Virus record (IMG/VR): IMGVR_UViG_3300027754_005993
Coordinates: 32,001 to 96,000 of that record
From: a virus
Direction: 5' to 3' (one strand)
Length of the DNA stretch: 64,000 nucleotides
Shown here: in pieces, positions 47,551 to 57,409 of the stretch
Layout of the letters: each line of letters opens with the position of its first letter
Position numbering within the stretch: the stretch's first letter is position 1
Program-made: the position numbers and the translations under genes
Notes under the pieces: model-generated
What the model was told of the DNA's origin: nothing
The model's input: the letters and a program-made list of their open reading frames with translations, nothing else
The model's database searches: none

Positions 47551-48208
47551 AATTGTATCCTTTTATTGTGATATAGATGATCGTACATACTATAGCGATC
47601 ACGCGCGTCGTCTGAGAATCAATTGCAATGAGAATAATATTCCACATGATATTCGCGAATTACCTTCGCGTGGTGAATACCGTTTAAATTGTCTTGCTAA
47701 ACCAAGATTCATTCTTTCTGTGTTGGAAGAAAAGAAACGACCATTTGTGTGGATGGATGTTGATTCTTTGATTCATGCTGAACTTTCTATATTTGATACC
47801 CTGAAAGACAACTGCGATATGGCATTTGCATATCAAGGCAATCCTCCAGATGTGAATCCCAATTTACCCAAAGCATCACCAATTTATGTAAATTATACAG
47901 AAAAGACTATACAGTGTTTGACTTACTGGGTTGAACGATGCGAATTCAATGAAATGAATTTGGGTGTGAAATTTTTTGATCATGAAGTTCTGATGGGTGA
48001 AGTATTGCCAGAATTTTTATCCAAGATGCGAATTGGTATGCTTGGACATCCATATGCCATATGGCCTGGAACATCATTGCCAGAAGGATTCACGCCAATG
48101 ATAACAATGGGAATTGCTGATGGAAAATCCAAAGAAAATTCACTGAGAGAAATGGGACTTCGAGAAGAAATCGTAAAATTTAACTTAGTAGGTAATGCAA
48201 GTGAATAA
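47540..48208 (+). CDS. Putative GT-A fold nucleotide-diphospho-sugar transferase
   Basis: KPRFIL..L......VWMDVD (DxD) ... DHEVL. Confidence 0.6.
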   Translation: MKTEIVSFYCDIDDRTYYSDHARRLRINCNENNIPHDIRELPSRGEYRLNCLAKPRFILSVLEEKKRPFVWMDVDSLIHAELSIFDTLKDNCDMAFAYQGNPPDVNPNLPKASPIYVNYTEKTIQCLTYWVERCEFNEMNLGVKFFDHEVLMGEVLPEFLSKMRIGMLGHPYAIWPGTSLPEGFTPMITMGIADGKSKENSLREMGLREEIVKFNLVGNASE

Positions 48209-48935
48209 ACAAGTTTTATTTTGGCAACCAGCTGGCATTGGTGATATATTCTTCTTACAGAAGGCAGCAAGACATTTTATATCTTCAGAATATGAAGTCA
48301 TATGGCCTGTGATTCCAGAATTCCTATACATCAAGGATTACATCAAGGGAATCAATTTTGTAAATGTAAATGAAGATTTTCCTCGTAAGGAATTATATAA
48401 GACACCAATTGCAATCAATACAGAAGAATTCATTTATATTCCTTTTGATATTTCACATCATAGATTTGGTGTGCTACCGATGAAGGGCAAGTATCTGTTG
48501 ATGCAATTCCTGGGATTTGATGTCAATGAAAATAATTGGAAAGATTATTTGCAATTTGAACGAAATCAAGAACGAGAGATTCGTTGTAAGGAAATCCTTG
48601 GTATAAAGAACGAACCATTTATTTTTGTGAATAATATGTTTGCTTCTCCACCTGATATGGTATACAGGGAAGTCAATATTACAAATTCAAATATAAAGTG
48701 TGTATACCATAAACCAGAACATATCAAACTATTCAATGTATTTGATCTATGCTGGGTTATTGAGAATGCTGTAGAGATTCATACAGTTGAAACTTCACTT
48801 TGCTATCTTGTTGAAAAACTAAATACTAAAGGAAAACTGAACATGTATTCGCGAAAAGTGAATGACAGATTGCAGAATCCAGATTTTTCATATGTTGACC
48901 ATATTTATAAAAAGGATTGGAATTATATAATATGA
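48195..48935 (+). CDS. Putative glycosyltransferase (GT-B-like)
   Basis: QPAGIGDIFF N-terminus; IENAVEIHTVETS resembles GT9-like motifs; island context. Confidence 0.5.
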   Translation: MQVNKQVLFWQPAGIGDIFFLQKAARHFISSEYEVIWPVIPEFLYIKDYIKGINFVNVNEDFPRKELYKTPIAINTEEFIYIPFDISHHRFGVLPMKGKYLLMQFLGFDVNENNWKDYLQFERNQEREIRCKEILGIKNEPFIFVNNMFASPPDMVYREVNITNSNIKCVYHKPEHIKLFNVFDLCWVIENAVEIHTVETSLCYLVEKLNTKGKLNMYSRKVNDRLQNPDFSYVDHIYKKDWNYII

Positions 48936-49312
48936 TGCTTGAAGTTTCTATTGGCGAGGCAATTGACAAATATACAATTCTTACAATCAAAGAAGAATGT
49001 ATCAAAGACGAGAGAAAACTCGTAAATATTAAAAAAGAAAGAATGGAAATTGAAAAATCCCTGATAGATCAGGGATACTTTTATTCATTCATCGAAGAGA
49101 TGGCAGACTTGACTAAAGTAAATAAAACTCTTTGGGATATAGAAGATCAGATACGAATTAAAGAAGCAAATAAACAGTTCGATCATGAGTTCATAGAACT
49201 TGCAAGATCTGTTTATATTACTAATGATAAAAGATTTGAAATTAAAAATCAAATCAATCAAAAGTCAAATTCGAATCTCAAAGAAGAAAAGTCGTATGCC
49301 AAATACAATTGA
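48932..49312 (+). CDS. DUF6165-like protein
   Basis: VSIGEAIDKYTIL.IK...VNK.LWDIED.IR..E....FD..FIELARSVY.TND.R..IK..IN......EEKSY. Confidence 0.8.
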   Translation: MMLEVSIGEAIDKYTILTIKEECIKDERKLVNIKKERMEIEKSLIDQGYFYSFIEEMADLTKVNKTLWDIEDQIRIKEANKQFDHEFIELARSVYITNDKRFEIKNQINQKSNSNLKEEKSYAKYN

Positions 49313-50006
49313 TATATCAGATATAACATTTCTTGGAGTGGACGGTGTTGGTAATGATGCAACTATATTGCGTTCATTAAAATACAGCAAACAATTTTTT
49401 CCAAATGCTAAAGTTAAATTTTTAACTTCAGGAAATCATCATTCAATCGATCCTGATATTGAACATGTGCAAATACGAAATCTTGGATACGATGAATTTA
49501 GCAAATTCTGTTTAACTGAATTGTATCGGTATTTTGATACTAGTTATATGATATATTGTCATGGTGATGGGTTTGCCACAAATCCAAATGCATGGACTGG
49601 TGAATTTTTAAAATATGATTATCTAGGAGCACCTTGGCCAAGATCTAATCTAGAAAGAAGTTCAAATAGATGGGAATTGGTTAAAAAAGCGTACTACGAA
49701 TCACAAAAAACTTATTTTGTTGGGAATGGTGGATTTTCATTTAGATCTAAAAAATTAATGGAATCTGTAAGTCAACTGTACAAAGATGAATATTATGGTA
49801 TACCAGAAGATCTTGTCATAGCAATAATCATGCGAAAACAACTGGAAAAACAAGGATTTAAATTTACAAGTGATATAGGAGTTGCTGGTAAGTTTTCATG
49901 TGAAGCACCCTTTGTAGATGGATACATACTTTCATCGGATGAGAGTTTTGGATTCCATTGTGGTGGAACTCATCCCCACAAAGTGAAATTATTGGAGACT
50001 GTATGA
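49296..50006 (+). CDS. DUF5672-like putative glycosyltransferase
   Basis: HGDGF..NP..W..EFLKYDYLGAPW; VGNGGFSFRSKKL; PED; FGFH. Confidence 0.75.
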   Translation: MPNTIDISDITFLGVDGVGNDATILRSLKYSKQFFPNAKVKFLTSGNHHSIDPDIEHVQIRNLGYDEFSKFCLTELYRYFDTSYMIYCHGDGFATNPNAWTGEFLKYDYLGAPWPRSNLERSSNRWELVKKAYYESQKTYFVGNGGFSFRSKKLMESVSQLYKDEYYGIPEDLVIAIIMRKQLEKQGFKFTSDIGVAGKFSCEAPFVDGYILSSDESFGFHCGGTHPHKVKLLETV

Positions 50007-50998
50007 AGGTTTTAATTACTGGTGTTGCTGGTCTTTTAGGTTCTCGTCTTGCTGATTGGTTGATTGAGAATGACAAAGCAACGGTGTATGGTATTGATGA
50101 TCTTTCTGGTGGATACATCCAGAATGTAAATTCTAAAGTTGTTTTTTACAACTACGACCTTACAAGCAATAGCAAAAAAATAGAATATCTTTTCAAGGAA
50201 CATAAGTTTGATTATGTCTTTCATTTTGCCGCATATGCTGCTGAAGGGTTAAGTCCTTTCATTCGTCAATATAATTATGAAAATAATCTGATTGCAACTA
50301 CAAAGTTGATCAATCTTAGCATCAAGCACAAGATCAAGAGATTTGTATTTACATCGACCATGGCAGTTTATGGCAATGGTGAAGTTCCCTTCAAGGAATC
50401 GCATCAGCAAGCACCAATAGATCCATATGGCATTGCAAAATATGCGTGTGAGATGGATCTCCATGTTGCAGGAGAACAGCATGGTCTTGATTGGTGTATC
50501 TTTAGACCTCACAATGTATATGGTGTCAATCAAAACATCTGGGACAAGTATAGAAATGTTTTAGGTATTTGGATGTATCAGCATCTTAACGGTATGCCAA
50601 TGACGATCTATGGTGATGGAGAGCAAACCAGAGCATTTAGTTATATTGATGACTGTGTTCCATACTTTTGGATGGGTGCTATTGAAGATAAGGCATCAAA
50701 GCAAATATTCAATATTGGTGGAGATGATCATATTTCTATAAATGATGCTTGCAATTTGTTAATTGATGTGATAGGATCTGGAACCAAACAACATCTTGAA
50801 CAACGACATGAAGTAAAACATGCATGGGTGACGCATGATAAGATCAAGGATGTTCTTGGATATAAGCAAGTAACAACTCTAAAAGACGGATTGAGTAAGA
50901 TGTGGGAGTGGGCAAAAACTCAACCAATGCGTGAAAGAAAACTATGGTCGAAGTATGAATTAGATGTGGGCATTTACAACTATTGGAAAGTGAAATAA
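50003..50998 (+). CDS. NAD-dependent nucleotide-sugar epimerase/dehydratase
   Basis: ITGVAGLLGS Rossmann motif; YGIAK (YxxxK); GDGEQTRAFSYIDD. Confidence 0.9.
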   Translation: MKVLITGVAGLLGSRLADWLIENDKATVYGIDDLSGGYIQNVNSKVVFYNYDLTSNSKKIEYLFKEHKFDYVFHFAAYAAEGLSPFIRQYNYENNLIATTKLINLSIKHKIKRFVFTSTMAVYGNGEVPFKESHQQAPIDPYGIAKYACEMDLHVAGEQHGLDWCIFRPHNVYGVNQNIWDKYRNVLGIWMYQHLNGMPMTIYGDGEQTRAFSYIDDCVPYFWMGAIEDKASKQIFNIGGDDHISINDACNLLIDVIGSGTKQHLEQRHEVKHAWVTHDKIKDVLGYKQVTTLKDGLSKMWEWAKTQPMRERKLWSKYELDVGIYNYWKVK

Positions 50999-50999
50999 T

Positions 51000-51635
51000 A
51001 TGGCACAAGGTGTACATAAAATTACAGAACAGTTCGAGGAAAAGGTAGCAGAATATACTGGTGCGCCTTATGCTGTTGCTCTTGACAACATGAGTAACGC
51101 ATTGTTTCTTGCTTTGTATTATGAGAAAGTTCAAGGACTTGAGATCACAATACCAGCAAGAACTTATATGTCAGTTCCCTGTGAAATTATTCATGCTGGT
51201 GCAAAAGTAAAATTTGAACCAGTCGAAGGAACCAAGATCAAAGGTGGGTATCAACTAAAACCAACAAAGGTTTGGGATTGCGCATTGCAATTCACAACAA
51301 ACATGTATGTGCCAAATACACATATGTGTTTATCTTTCACTGGACCATATAAGCATCTTAAATTGGGCAAGGGTGGCATGATAATTACTGATGATGTGGA
51401 TGCGTACAAGTGGTTCAAGAAAGCAAGATTTAGTGGAAGAAATGAGTGTTCTTATCACGAAGATACATTTGATATGTTGGGGTGGAACTTCTATATGATG
51501 CCAGAGATTGCTGCCCGTGGTCTTCTTCTGATGACACAGTTTTATAATCTTGATGGCACTCCAAAACACAATCCAGATCTTGAATTACCATATCCAGATC
51601 TTTCAAAGCATCCAGTATATACAGATAGTAAATAA
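51000..51635 (+). CDS. Compact DegT/DnrJ/EryC1/StrS-family sugar aminotransferase-like protein
   Basis: FEEKVAEYTGAPYAVA...ALFLAL; DCA; SFTGPYKHLKLGKGGMIITDD; GWNFYM. Confidence 0.75.
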   Translation: MAQGVHKITEQFEEKVAEYTGAPYAVALDNMSNALFLALYYEKVQGLEITIPARTYMSVPCEIIHAGAKVKFEPVEGTKIKGGYQLKPTKVWDCALQFTTNMYVPNTHMCLSFTGPYKHLKLGKGGMIITDDVDAYKWFKKARFSGRNECSYHEDTFDMLGWNFYMMPEIAARGLLLMTQFYNLDGTPKHNPDLELPYPDLSKHPVYTDSK

Positions 51636-52381
51636 TGATTCATATATTTTTTAGACATTATAATGTTGGTGGAAGCAATAATGCTGCAAGACAAGACAAT
51701 CGTTATCAAGCACGATCTGCTCGTCGTTGGGGAAATGTAGACAATTGGTTTAATTATGAAAAAGTATTTTTAAATCTTCTTCGTACTACTGCTGGTGCTA
51801 ATGTTAAGATTAATGTTGTTATGGATGGCATCATCGAAGAAAATTGGATTGCAAAATACAAAAATAAATTTACACCATATGAAATTGTCGGTGGAACTGA
51901 TTTTGCGTCATTTTTTCCAACAATGGATATTGTAAAAAATGATACATCTATTCGACAAAATGATATAGTTTATCTTTTAGAAAATGATTATCTTCATGTT
52001 GATGGATGGGTTTCAAAGGTAGAAGAACTCTACACAATGTACAATGATAATGTAAGTTATGTTTCACTATACGATCATTTGGATAAATACATTTATGATC
52101 ATTATTCGCATTTGAGGGAAAAGATTATTATAACCAGAACCCATCACTGGAGAACTACCCCAAGCACAACGGGAACATTCATGTTAAGTAAGAAAATCTT
52201 CGATGAGGATTATGATGTTCATTCGACACGAAAAGAAGATCATGGTAAATTTGTATGGTTACAAGAAAATAGAAAAAGATTTCTGTTGACTCCTATCCCT
52301 GGATTATCAACTCATTGTGTTGGAGAATGTTCACCCACAATTGATTGGCAAGCAATTAGCGATAGAGAGGTAATACAGTGA
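51635..52381 (+). CDS. Putative GT-A (GT2-like) glycosyltransferase
   Basis: IVYLLENDYLH; YVSLYDH.DKY; HWRTTPSTT.TF; PIPGLSTH. Confidence 0.6.
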   Translation: MIHIFFRHYNVGGSNNAARQDNRYQARSARRWGNVDNWFNYEKVFLNLLRTTAGANVKINVVMDGIIEENWIAKYKNKFTPYEIVGGTDFASFFPTMDIVKNDTSIRQNDIVYLLENDYLHVDGWVSKVEELYTMYNDNVSYVSLYDHLDKYIYDHYSHLREKIIITRTHHWRTTPSTTGTFMLSKKIFDEDYDVHSTRKEDHGKFVWLQENRKRFLLTPIPGLSTHCVGECSPTIDWQAISDREVIQ

Positions 52382-52689
52382 ATACAGTTGAAGAATCGTA
52401 TCGTGCATTGTCTTTGAGTGCATCGGATATAAATGATGCTTGCAATTTGTTAATTGATGTGGTAGGATCAGGTACTAAACAGCATCTCGAACAGAGACAT
52501 GAAGTAAAACATGCATGGGTGACGCATGATAAGATCAAGGATGTTCTTGGATATAAGCAAGTGACATCTTTAAAAGATGGATTGGGTAAAATGTGGGAAT
52601 GGGCAAAGACCCAACCCATGCGGGAGAGAAAGTTATGGGATAAGTATGAATTGGATAAAGGAATTTACAACTATTGGAAAGTGAAATAA
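52378..52689 (+). pseudogene. Chimeric ORF: 17-aa foreign N-terminus fused to a duplicated C-terminal 86 aa of the epimerase
   Basis: 52428-52689 is a diverged copy of 50737-50998; lacks the NAD-binding and catalytic domains. Confidence 0.8.
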
Positions 52690-52691
52690 AA

Positions 52692-53216
52692 ATGAATAAA
52701 CCAAATTTAAAACAAGAAAGAATGCATGGAATGGGAGATGCTGGTGGAGTTAATTATATAGAAGGATTAGATGAACTTTGTTTATTTTTTAAAATGAACA
52801 AAAATCATAAAGTTCTAGAATTAGGTTGTAATGATGGAGTTAGCACATCTTTATTTGCATACTATGCTGATGTTGTTGATACTGTTGATATAGTTTTAAC
52901 AGAAAAAATGAAAAATATTTTAAATTTTCATAAAAACATTAATTTTAAACAAGGAAGTATTTCTCAGATAGTTCCAAATTTAATTGATGATTATTATGAT
53001 TTTATTTATATTGACGCAGATCATTCTTTTCATTCTGTAGTACATGATATAAATGTTAGTCTTCCAAAATTAAAAAAAACTGGAATAATGTCTGGACATG
53101 ATTATATACCAGATAGTCCAACATTATTTGGAGTAAGTCAAGCAGTAAATAGTTTATTTAATATTGAAAAAATTAAAGTTTTTTCTGATTATAGTTGGGC
53201 AATTATTGGAGAATAA
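52692..53216 (+). CDS. Class I SAM-dependent methyltransferase (Methyltransf_24-like)
   Basis: VLELGCNDGVST; DFIYIDADHS; SGHDY. Confidence 0.85.
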   Translation: MNKPNLKQERMHGMGDAGGVNYIEGLDELCLFFKMNKNHKVLELGCNDGVSTSLFAYYADVVDTVDIVLTEKMKNILNFHKNINFKQGSISQIVPNLIDDYYDFIYIDADHSFHSVVHDINVSLPKLKKTGIMSGHDYIPDSPTLFGVSQAVNSLFNIEKIKVFSDYSWAIIGE

Positions 53217-53273
53217 AATTCATGAAATGTTTAGTAATTGCAATGGTCTTACTATACTGAAACGAGTTGGTTC

Positions 53274-53993
53274 ATGATAGATTTATCAAAAGTAACTTTA
53301 GTCACTATAGATGGTACTGGCAAAGATACTTCCAAACTTATTGAAGTAATCGATATCTGCACTCGTAAAATAAACTTTGGGTCTGTTATTTTGATTACAG
53401 CAGATCCAGACATTCAGACTACTGCTAAAGTGACAATTCATACAATTGACAAGATGTCATATCCAGAGTATAATACATTTTGTATAACGGATTTGAATAA
53501 ATATGTCAATACAGAATTTTGTTTGATTGTTCAGACTGATGGATTTATCTGCAAACCAACAAACTGGACAGATGAATTTTATAACTATGATTACATCGGT
53601 TGTCCGTGGATGGATGCCGAACCTGGATATTTTCCTTGGGTTACTGAACCAAAGTATCAAGTTGGTTGTGGTGGATTTTGTTTCCGTAGTAAGAAATTAC
53701 TACAAACAGGAGCAAATATAAGCAGGGAATTTATCTCAAGAATGACACACGCAGGAATGGGTGAGGATGTAATCATATGTGTATCACTGAGGGATTATTT
53801 TGAAAAAATGGATTGTAAGTTTCCAACAGGAGAATTTGCAAAGAAGTTTGCACTAGGGAGTGCTCCGCTAAAGGAAAATCAATTGGAAACTACATTTGGA
53901 TTCCACAGCAATGAATATATGTCGGAAGTTAAAAAAATGATTGAAAGATGGGATGAATATGAAATTACAAGAAATACTAACAGAGGAAATTAA
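53274..53993 (+). CDS. DUF5672-like putative glycosyltransferase (second paralog)
   Basis: VQTDGFI..P..WTDEFYNYDYIGCPW; VGCGGFCFRSKKL; GED; FGFH. Confidence 0.75.
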   Translation: MIDLSKVTLVTIDGTGKDTSKLIEVIDICTRKINFGSVILITADPDIQTTAKVTIHTIDKMSYPEYNTFCITDLNKYVNTEFCLIVQTDGFICKPTNWTDEFYNYDYIGCPWMDAEPGYFPWVTEPKYQVGCGGFCFRSKKLLQTGANISREFISRMTHAGMGEDVIICVSLRDYFEKMDCKFPTGEFAKKFALGSAPLKENQLETTFGFHSNEYMSEVKKMIERWDEYEITRNTNRGN

Positions 53994-53996
53994 TTT

Positions 53997-54536
53997 ATGA
54001 AAGTTAGACCAATGCGACCACTTGAAGGTGTACAAGGATTGATTGATATTTGCGATTTTGTTTCTAGTAACATTAAAGTAGAAACTGCTTTAGAGTTGGG
54101 ATCATATATTGGAGAATCAACTGTTACATTTGCTAAAAATTTTAAAGATTTAAAAATTTTGTATGCAGTCGATCCGTTTAGTTTAAATTTTAATTCTGAT
54201 AATTTATTTGATGAAGAAAATATAGAAGGAATAATGAACATTTTCTATAAAAATATTGAACAATATCCATCAATCAAGCATATTAGAAAAGATTCAGAAA
54301 ACGCATCAAAAGATTTTGAAAATAAAATTTTTGATTTCATTTATATTGATGGTTGTCACTCATTTGATTGTGTGATGAAGGATGTTAAATATTGGAAACC
54401 AAAAGTAAAAGAAAATTGTTATATGTCATTCCATGACATTGATTGGTATGAAGTTGTATCTGCATTATCTTTACATTTTGATATCGATAACGGGTATATG
54501 ACCAAAGACAACAGCATTACTTTTAGAGTTCAATAA
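53997..54536 (+). CDS. Class I SAM-dependent methyltransferase (Methyltransf_24-like)
   Basis: ALELGSYIGEST; DFIYIDGCHS; SFHD. Confidence 0.85.
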   Translation: MKVRPMRPLEGVQGLIDICDFVSSNIKVETALELGSYIGESTVTFAKNFKDLKILYAVDPFSLNFNSDNLFDEENIEGIMNIFYKNIEQYPSIKHIRKDSENASKDFENKIFDFIYIDGCHSFDCVMKDVKYWKPKVKENCYMSFHDIDWYEVVSALSLHFDIDNGYMTKDNSITFRVQ

Positions 54537-54553
54537 AATTAAGAGGAATAAAA

Positions 54554-55357
54554 ATGCAAAGAAAAATATATGATTGTTTTCAATTTTTTAACGAATTGGA
54601 TATTCTTGATATTAGATTAAATGAATTGGATTCTCAAGTTGACTATTTTGTTATTGTTGAAGCAGAATTGAGTCATCAGTTAAAACCAAAACCATTATAT
54701 TTTAAAGAAAATAAAGAAAGATATTCTAAATTCTTGCATAAGATCATTCATGTTGTTGTGCCAGCAGATAAATTTGTATCGAATACGGTTCAGCATTTTG
54801 CTCATCATAATGATCAAATTCAAAGAAATTCTTTGAGAAATGGAATAGAAAATGCCAATGATGAAGATTTTATTATTATATCTGATTTAGATGAAATTGT
54901 TTCTAGTAAAAAAATACAAGATTATAAAAATTCACAGTATTGGGAATCTCCAATACCTGTTATATTTGAACAAAATTTTTATTTATGGTATTTGAATGCA
55001 AGAGCAGACGGATTCCCTTGGATTAATTCTGGAATGTGTTTAAAGAAAGATTTAGAGGAAATTGGAACAAGAGGATTCAAGGATAACAAAACTTGTTTTA
55101 CATTTCCTAGAATTAAAGATGGTGGTTGGCATTTTTCTTATATTGGAAATCCTAATACTGTAAAAACAAAACTTGATAATTTTGCACATACAGAATTCTC
55201 TCATCTAACTATTGATGACTTAAAAAAGAATAGAGAAAATTTAATCGACCCATTAGGGAGAAAAGACGAAGGTATAAATATAGTTGTAGACTCAATACAG
55301 ACTATGCCACAGTATGTGCAGGATAATATAGAAAAATTCAAGGACTTTTTAATATGA
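54554..55357 (+). CDS. Glycosyltransferase family 17 (beta-1,4-GlcNAc transferase-like)
   Basis: IYDCFQFFNELDILDIRLNEL...VDYFVIVEA; QRN; ISDLDEI; GGWHFSY. Confidence 0.88.
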   Translation: MQRKIYDCFQFFNELDILDIRLNELDSQVDYFVIVEAELSHQLKPKPLYFKENKERYSKFLHKIIHVVVPADKFVSNTVQHFAHHNDQIQRNSLRNGIENANDEDFIIISDLDEIVSSKKIQDYKNSQYWESPIPVIFEQNFYLWYLNARADGFPWINSGMCLKKDLEEIGTRGFKDNKTCFTFPRIKDGGWHFSYIGNPNTVKTKLDNFAHTEFSHLTIDDLKKNRENLIDPLGRKDEGINIVVDSIQTMPQYVQDNIEKFKDFLI

Positions 55358-56382
55358 AAAATATATTGGTTTTGGGTGGTGGGGGATTTATTGGTTCTCA
55401 TCTCGTTAAACGACTTAAAAATGAAGGAAATTATGTAAAGGTATGTGATCTTAAATATCCAGAATATTCTGCAAGCACAGCAGATGATTTTATGATTGGA
55501 GATTTGCGCGATCAAGTGGTGTGCGACAAACTCTTTAATATGCATTATGACGAGGTTTATCAACTCGCTGCTGATATGGGTGGTGCAGGATATATCTTCA
55601 CTGGAGAGAATGATGCAAATGTAATGCATAATTCCGCTCTTATCAATTTAAATATTGTTGAGCGTTGTATGCGTACTGGAGTAGGAAGAGTGTTTTATTC
55701 TTCATCTGCTTGCATGTACCCTGCATACAACCAGGAAGATCCAAATAATCCAAAGTGTTCAGAATCTTCCGCATACCCTGCTGCACCAGATAGTGAGTAT
55801 GGATGGGAGAAACTTTTCAGCGAAAGACTTTATCTATCTTATGCTCGCAATCATAAGTTGAATGTAAGGATTGCAAGATATCATAATATCTTTGGACCAG
55901 AAGGCACATGGAAGGGTGGCAAGGAGAAAGCACCAGCGGCACTTTGCCGTAAGGTTATAGAAGCAAAAAATGGCACGATTGATGTGTGGGGTACTGGAGA
56001 ACAAACTCGGTCATTCCTATATATCGATGAGTGTGTTGAAGCAACTCTAAGATTGATGCGATCAGATTTTTCTGGTCCAGTGAATATTGGTTCAGAGGAA
56101 ATGATAACAATTAATAATCTAGCAAAGATGGTTATTGATATCTCTGGAAAAGATGTTAAGATACACAATGTGAAAGGACCAGTTGGAGTTATGGGTAGAA
56201 ATTCTGATAATAAACTCTATAAGGAAAAGATTGGTTGGGAACCATCGCAACCACTTTCTGTTGGTATTGAGAAAACTTACAAATGGATTGAAACTCAGCA
56301 TGAGGATTGTTCGTCATTTACTAGCGTTCCAGTTCATGCAAATTCCGCACAACTGGACATGGAAGATAAACATAGAAAGTAA
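55354..56382 (+). CDS. GDP-mannose 3,5-epimerase-like
   Basis: GGGGFIGSH; LAADMGGAGYI; FYSSSACMYP; PDSEYGWEKL; GGKEKAPAALCRK; QTRSFLYIDECVE; GRNSDN. Confidence 0.85.
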   Translation: MKNILVLGGGGFIGSHLVKRLKNEGNYVKVCDLKYPEYSASTADDFMIGDLRDQVVCDKLFNMHYDEVYQLAADMGGAGYIFTGENDANVMHNSALINLNIVERCMRTGVGRVFYSSSACMYPAYNQEDPNNPKCSESSAYPAAPDSEYGWEKLFSERLYLSYARNHKLNVRIARYHNIFGPEGTWKGGKEKAPAALCRKVIEAKNGTIDVWGTGEQTRSFLYIDECVEATLRLMRSDFSGPVNIGSEEMITINNLAKMVIDISGKDVKIHNVKGPVGVMGRNSDNKLYKEKIGWEPSQPLSVGIEKTYKWIETQHEDCSSFTSVPVHANSAQLDMEDKHRK

Positions 56383-56383
56383 A

Positions 56384-56539
56384 ATGCATTACATCATCGT
56401 ATATGAAGATGGTAAACCATTCTTGTCAATACCGACATATGAAAAGAATGTTGATGTGGACAAGATAGTCAAAGACTACAGATTGAATAAAACTGTAGTA
56501 ATCAAAGTAGAAGAACAAGATAAATTTATAGGATGGTAA
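56384..56539 (+). CDS. Small hypothetical protein (51 aa)
   Basis: ATG 56384 just after the previous stop; fills the gap to the next gene. Confidence 0.5.
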   Translation: MHYIIVYEDGKPFLSIPTYEKNVDVDKIVKDYRLNKTVVIKVEEQDKFIGW

Positions 56540-56542
56540 ACA

Positions 56543-57409
56543 ATGAAAATTGTATTTTTTAATCATCACCCAGATGAAATGTATTGGCATATTAAAACTT
56601 TTGAAGCACTTGGTCATGATTGTCATGTTGCTACTAGAAAATTAACACTAGAATGTGGAGAGAATTATTGCTCTTTTGACGAAGAGGGGCATGTTCAAAA
56701 AGGTCCAGTATTCTATAAATGGGAACATCTTCACCCAGACATGAACTTGAAATTTACTGACACTATTCATGGATTTGATGCTGCTGTTACAATCAGTGGA
56801 AAGATTCCATATGTGCTCGCACCAAAAATGAAAGTCTTTGCTTGCGTAGTAGTTAAGTTTGATATTGATAAGTTTAATGGTGTGGATAATATCATCAAGA
56901 TCATAGCACATCCAGATGCTAAACAATGGAATGGACATTTTGTTCCAAAGTTTGTTCCGCAATATGGAAAGATCGGTCCACAGACTTATATCAGTCAGTT
57001 GATGGAGAGATATTATACCATGTATCTTGCAGACTTGATGAAGTTGAAGCAAGAAGGATTCCCAGTCATTGTTTCTGGTGCAATCGAAGCACCAGATGGA
57101 GTTGTTCACGATCTTCGTCTATTGGAACAAACTAGATTTCTAGTTCACGACAAGGCATATGGGATTTCATGTGGTGCTGTTCTCAAAGCATTGGACTCTG
57201 GATGTAAAATTTATATGACAAAGAAAAATAGAATTGAAACTGGTCTTTCTGATATTCCAGATGAATGTTTCATATTTAATGATGATATATCAATTAAAGA
57301 TGCATACGATAAGTATGCTGATTATGATAAATCTCATATTCAAACCTTGTTTAGAAATGTGAGAAATTTAGATAATGCTGTCAACCATTTATCCAATTTA
57401 CTAAAATGA
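56543..57409 (+). CDS. Putative GT-B glycosyltransferase
   Basis: MKIVFF...LGHDCHV N-terminus; K.YGISCGAVLKALDSGC resembles the GT-B donor-binding motif. Confidence 0.45.
   Translation: MKIVFFNHHPDEMYWHIKTFEALGHDCHVATRKLTLECGENYCSFDEEGHVQKGPVFYKWEHLHPDMNLKFTDTIHGFDAAVTISGKIPYVLAPKMKVFACVVVKFDIDKFNGVDNIIKIIAHPDAKQWNGHFVPKFVPQYGKIGPQTYISQLMERYYTMYLADLMKLKQEGFPVIVSGAIEAPDGVVHDLRLLEQTRFLVHDKAYGISCGAVLKALDSGCKIYMTKKNRIETGLSDIPDECFIFNDDISIKDAYDKYADYDKSHIQTLFRNVRNLDNAVNHLSNLLK

Larger units (their letters stand above)
50737..52689 (+). repeat. 262-bp direct repeat pair (50737-50998 and 52428-52689)
   Basis: Both begin tataaatgatgcttgcaatttg and end tattggaaagtgaaataa; differences are mostly synonymous. 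Confidence 0.92.

Noticed and set aside
50737-52689. Epimerase repeat as a DGR or transposon-associated repeat
   Set aside because: Differences are mostly synonymous third positions; no RT, transposase or terminal inverted repeats
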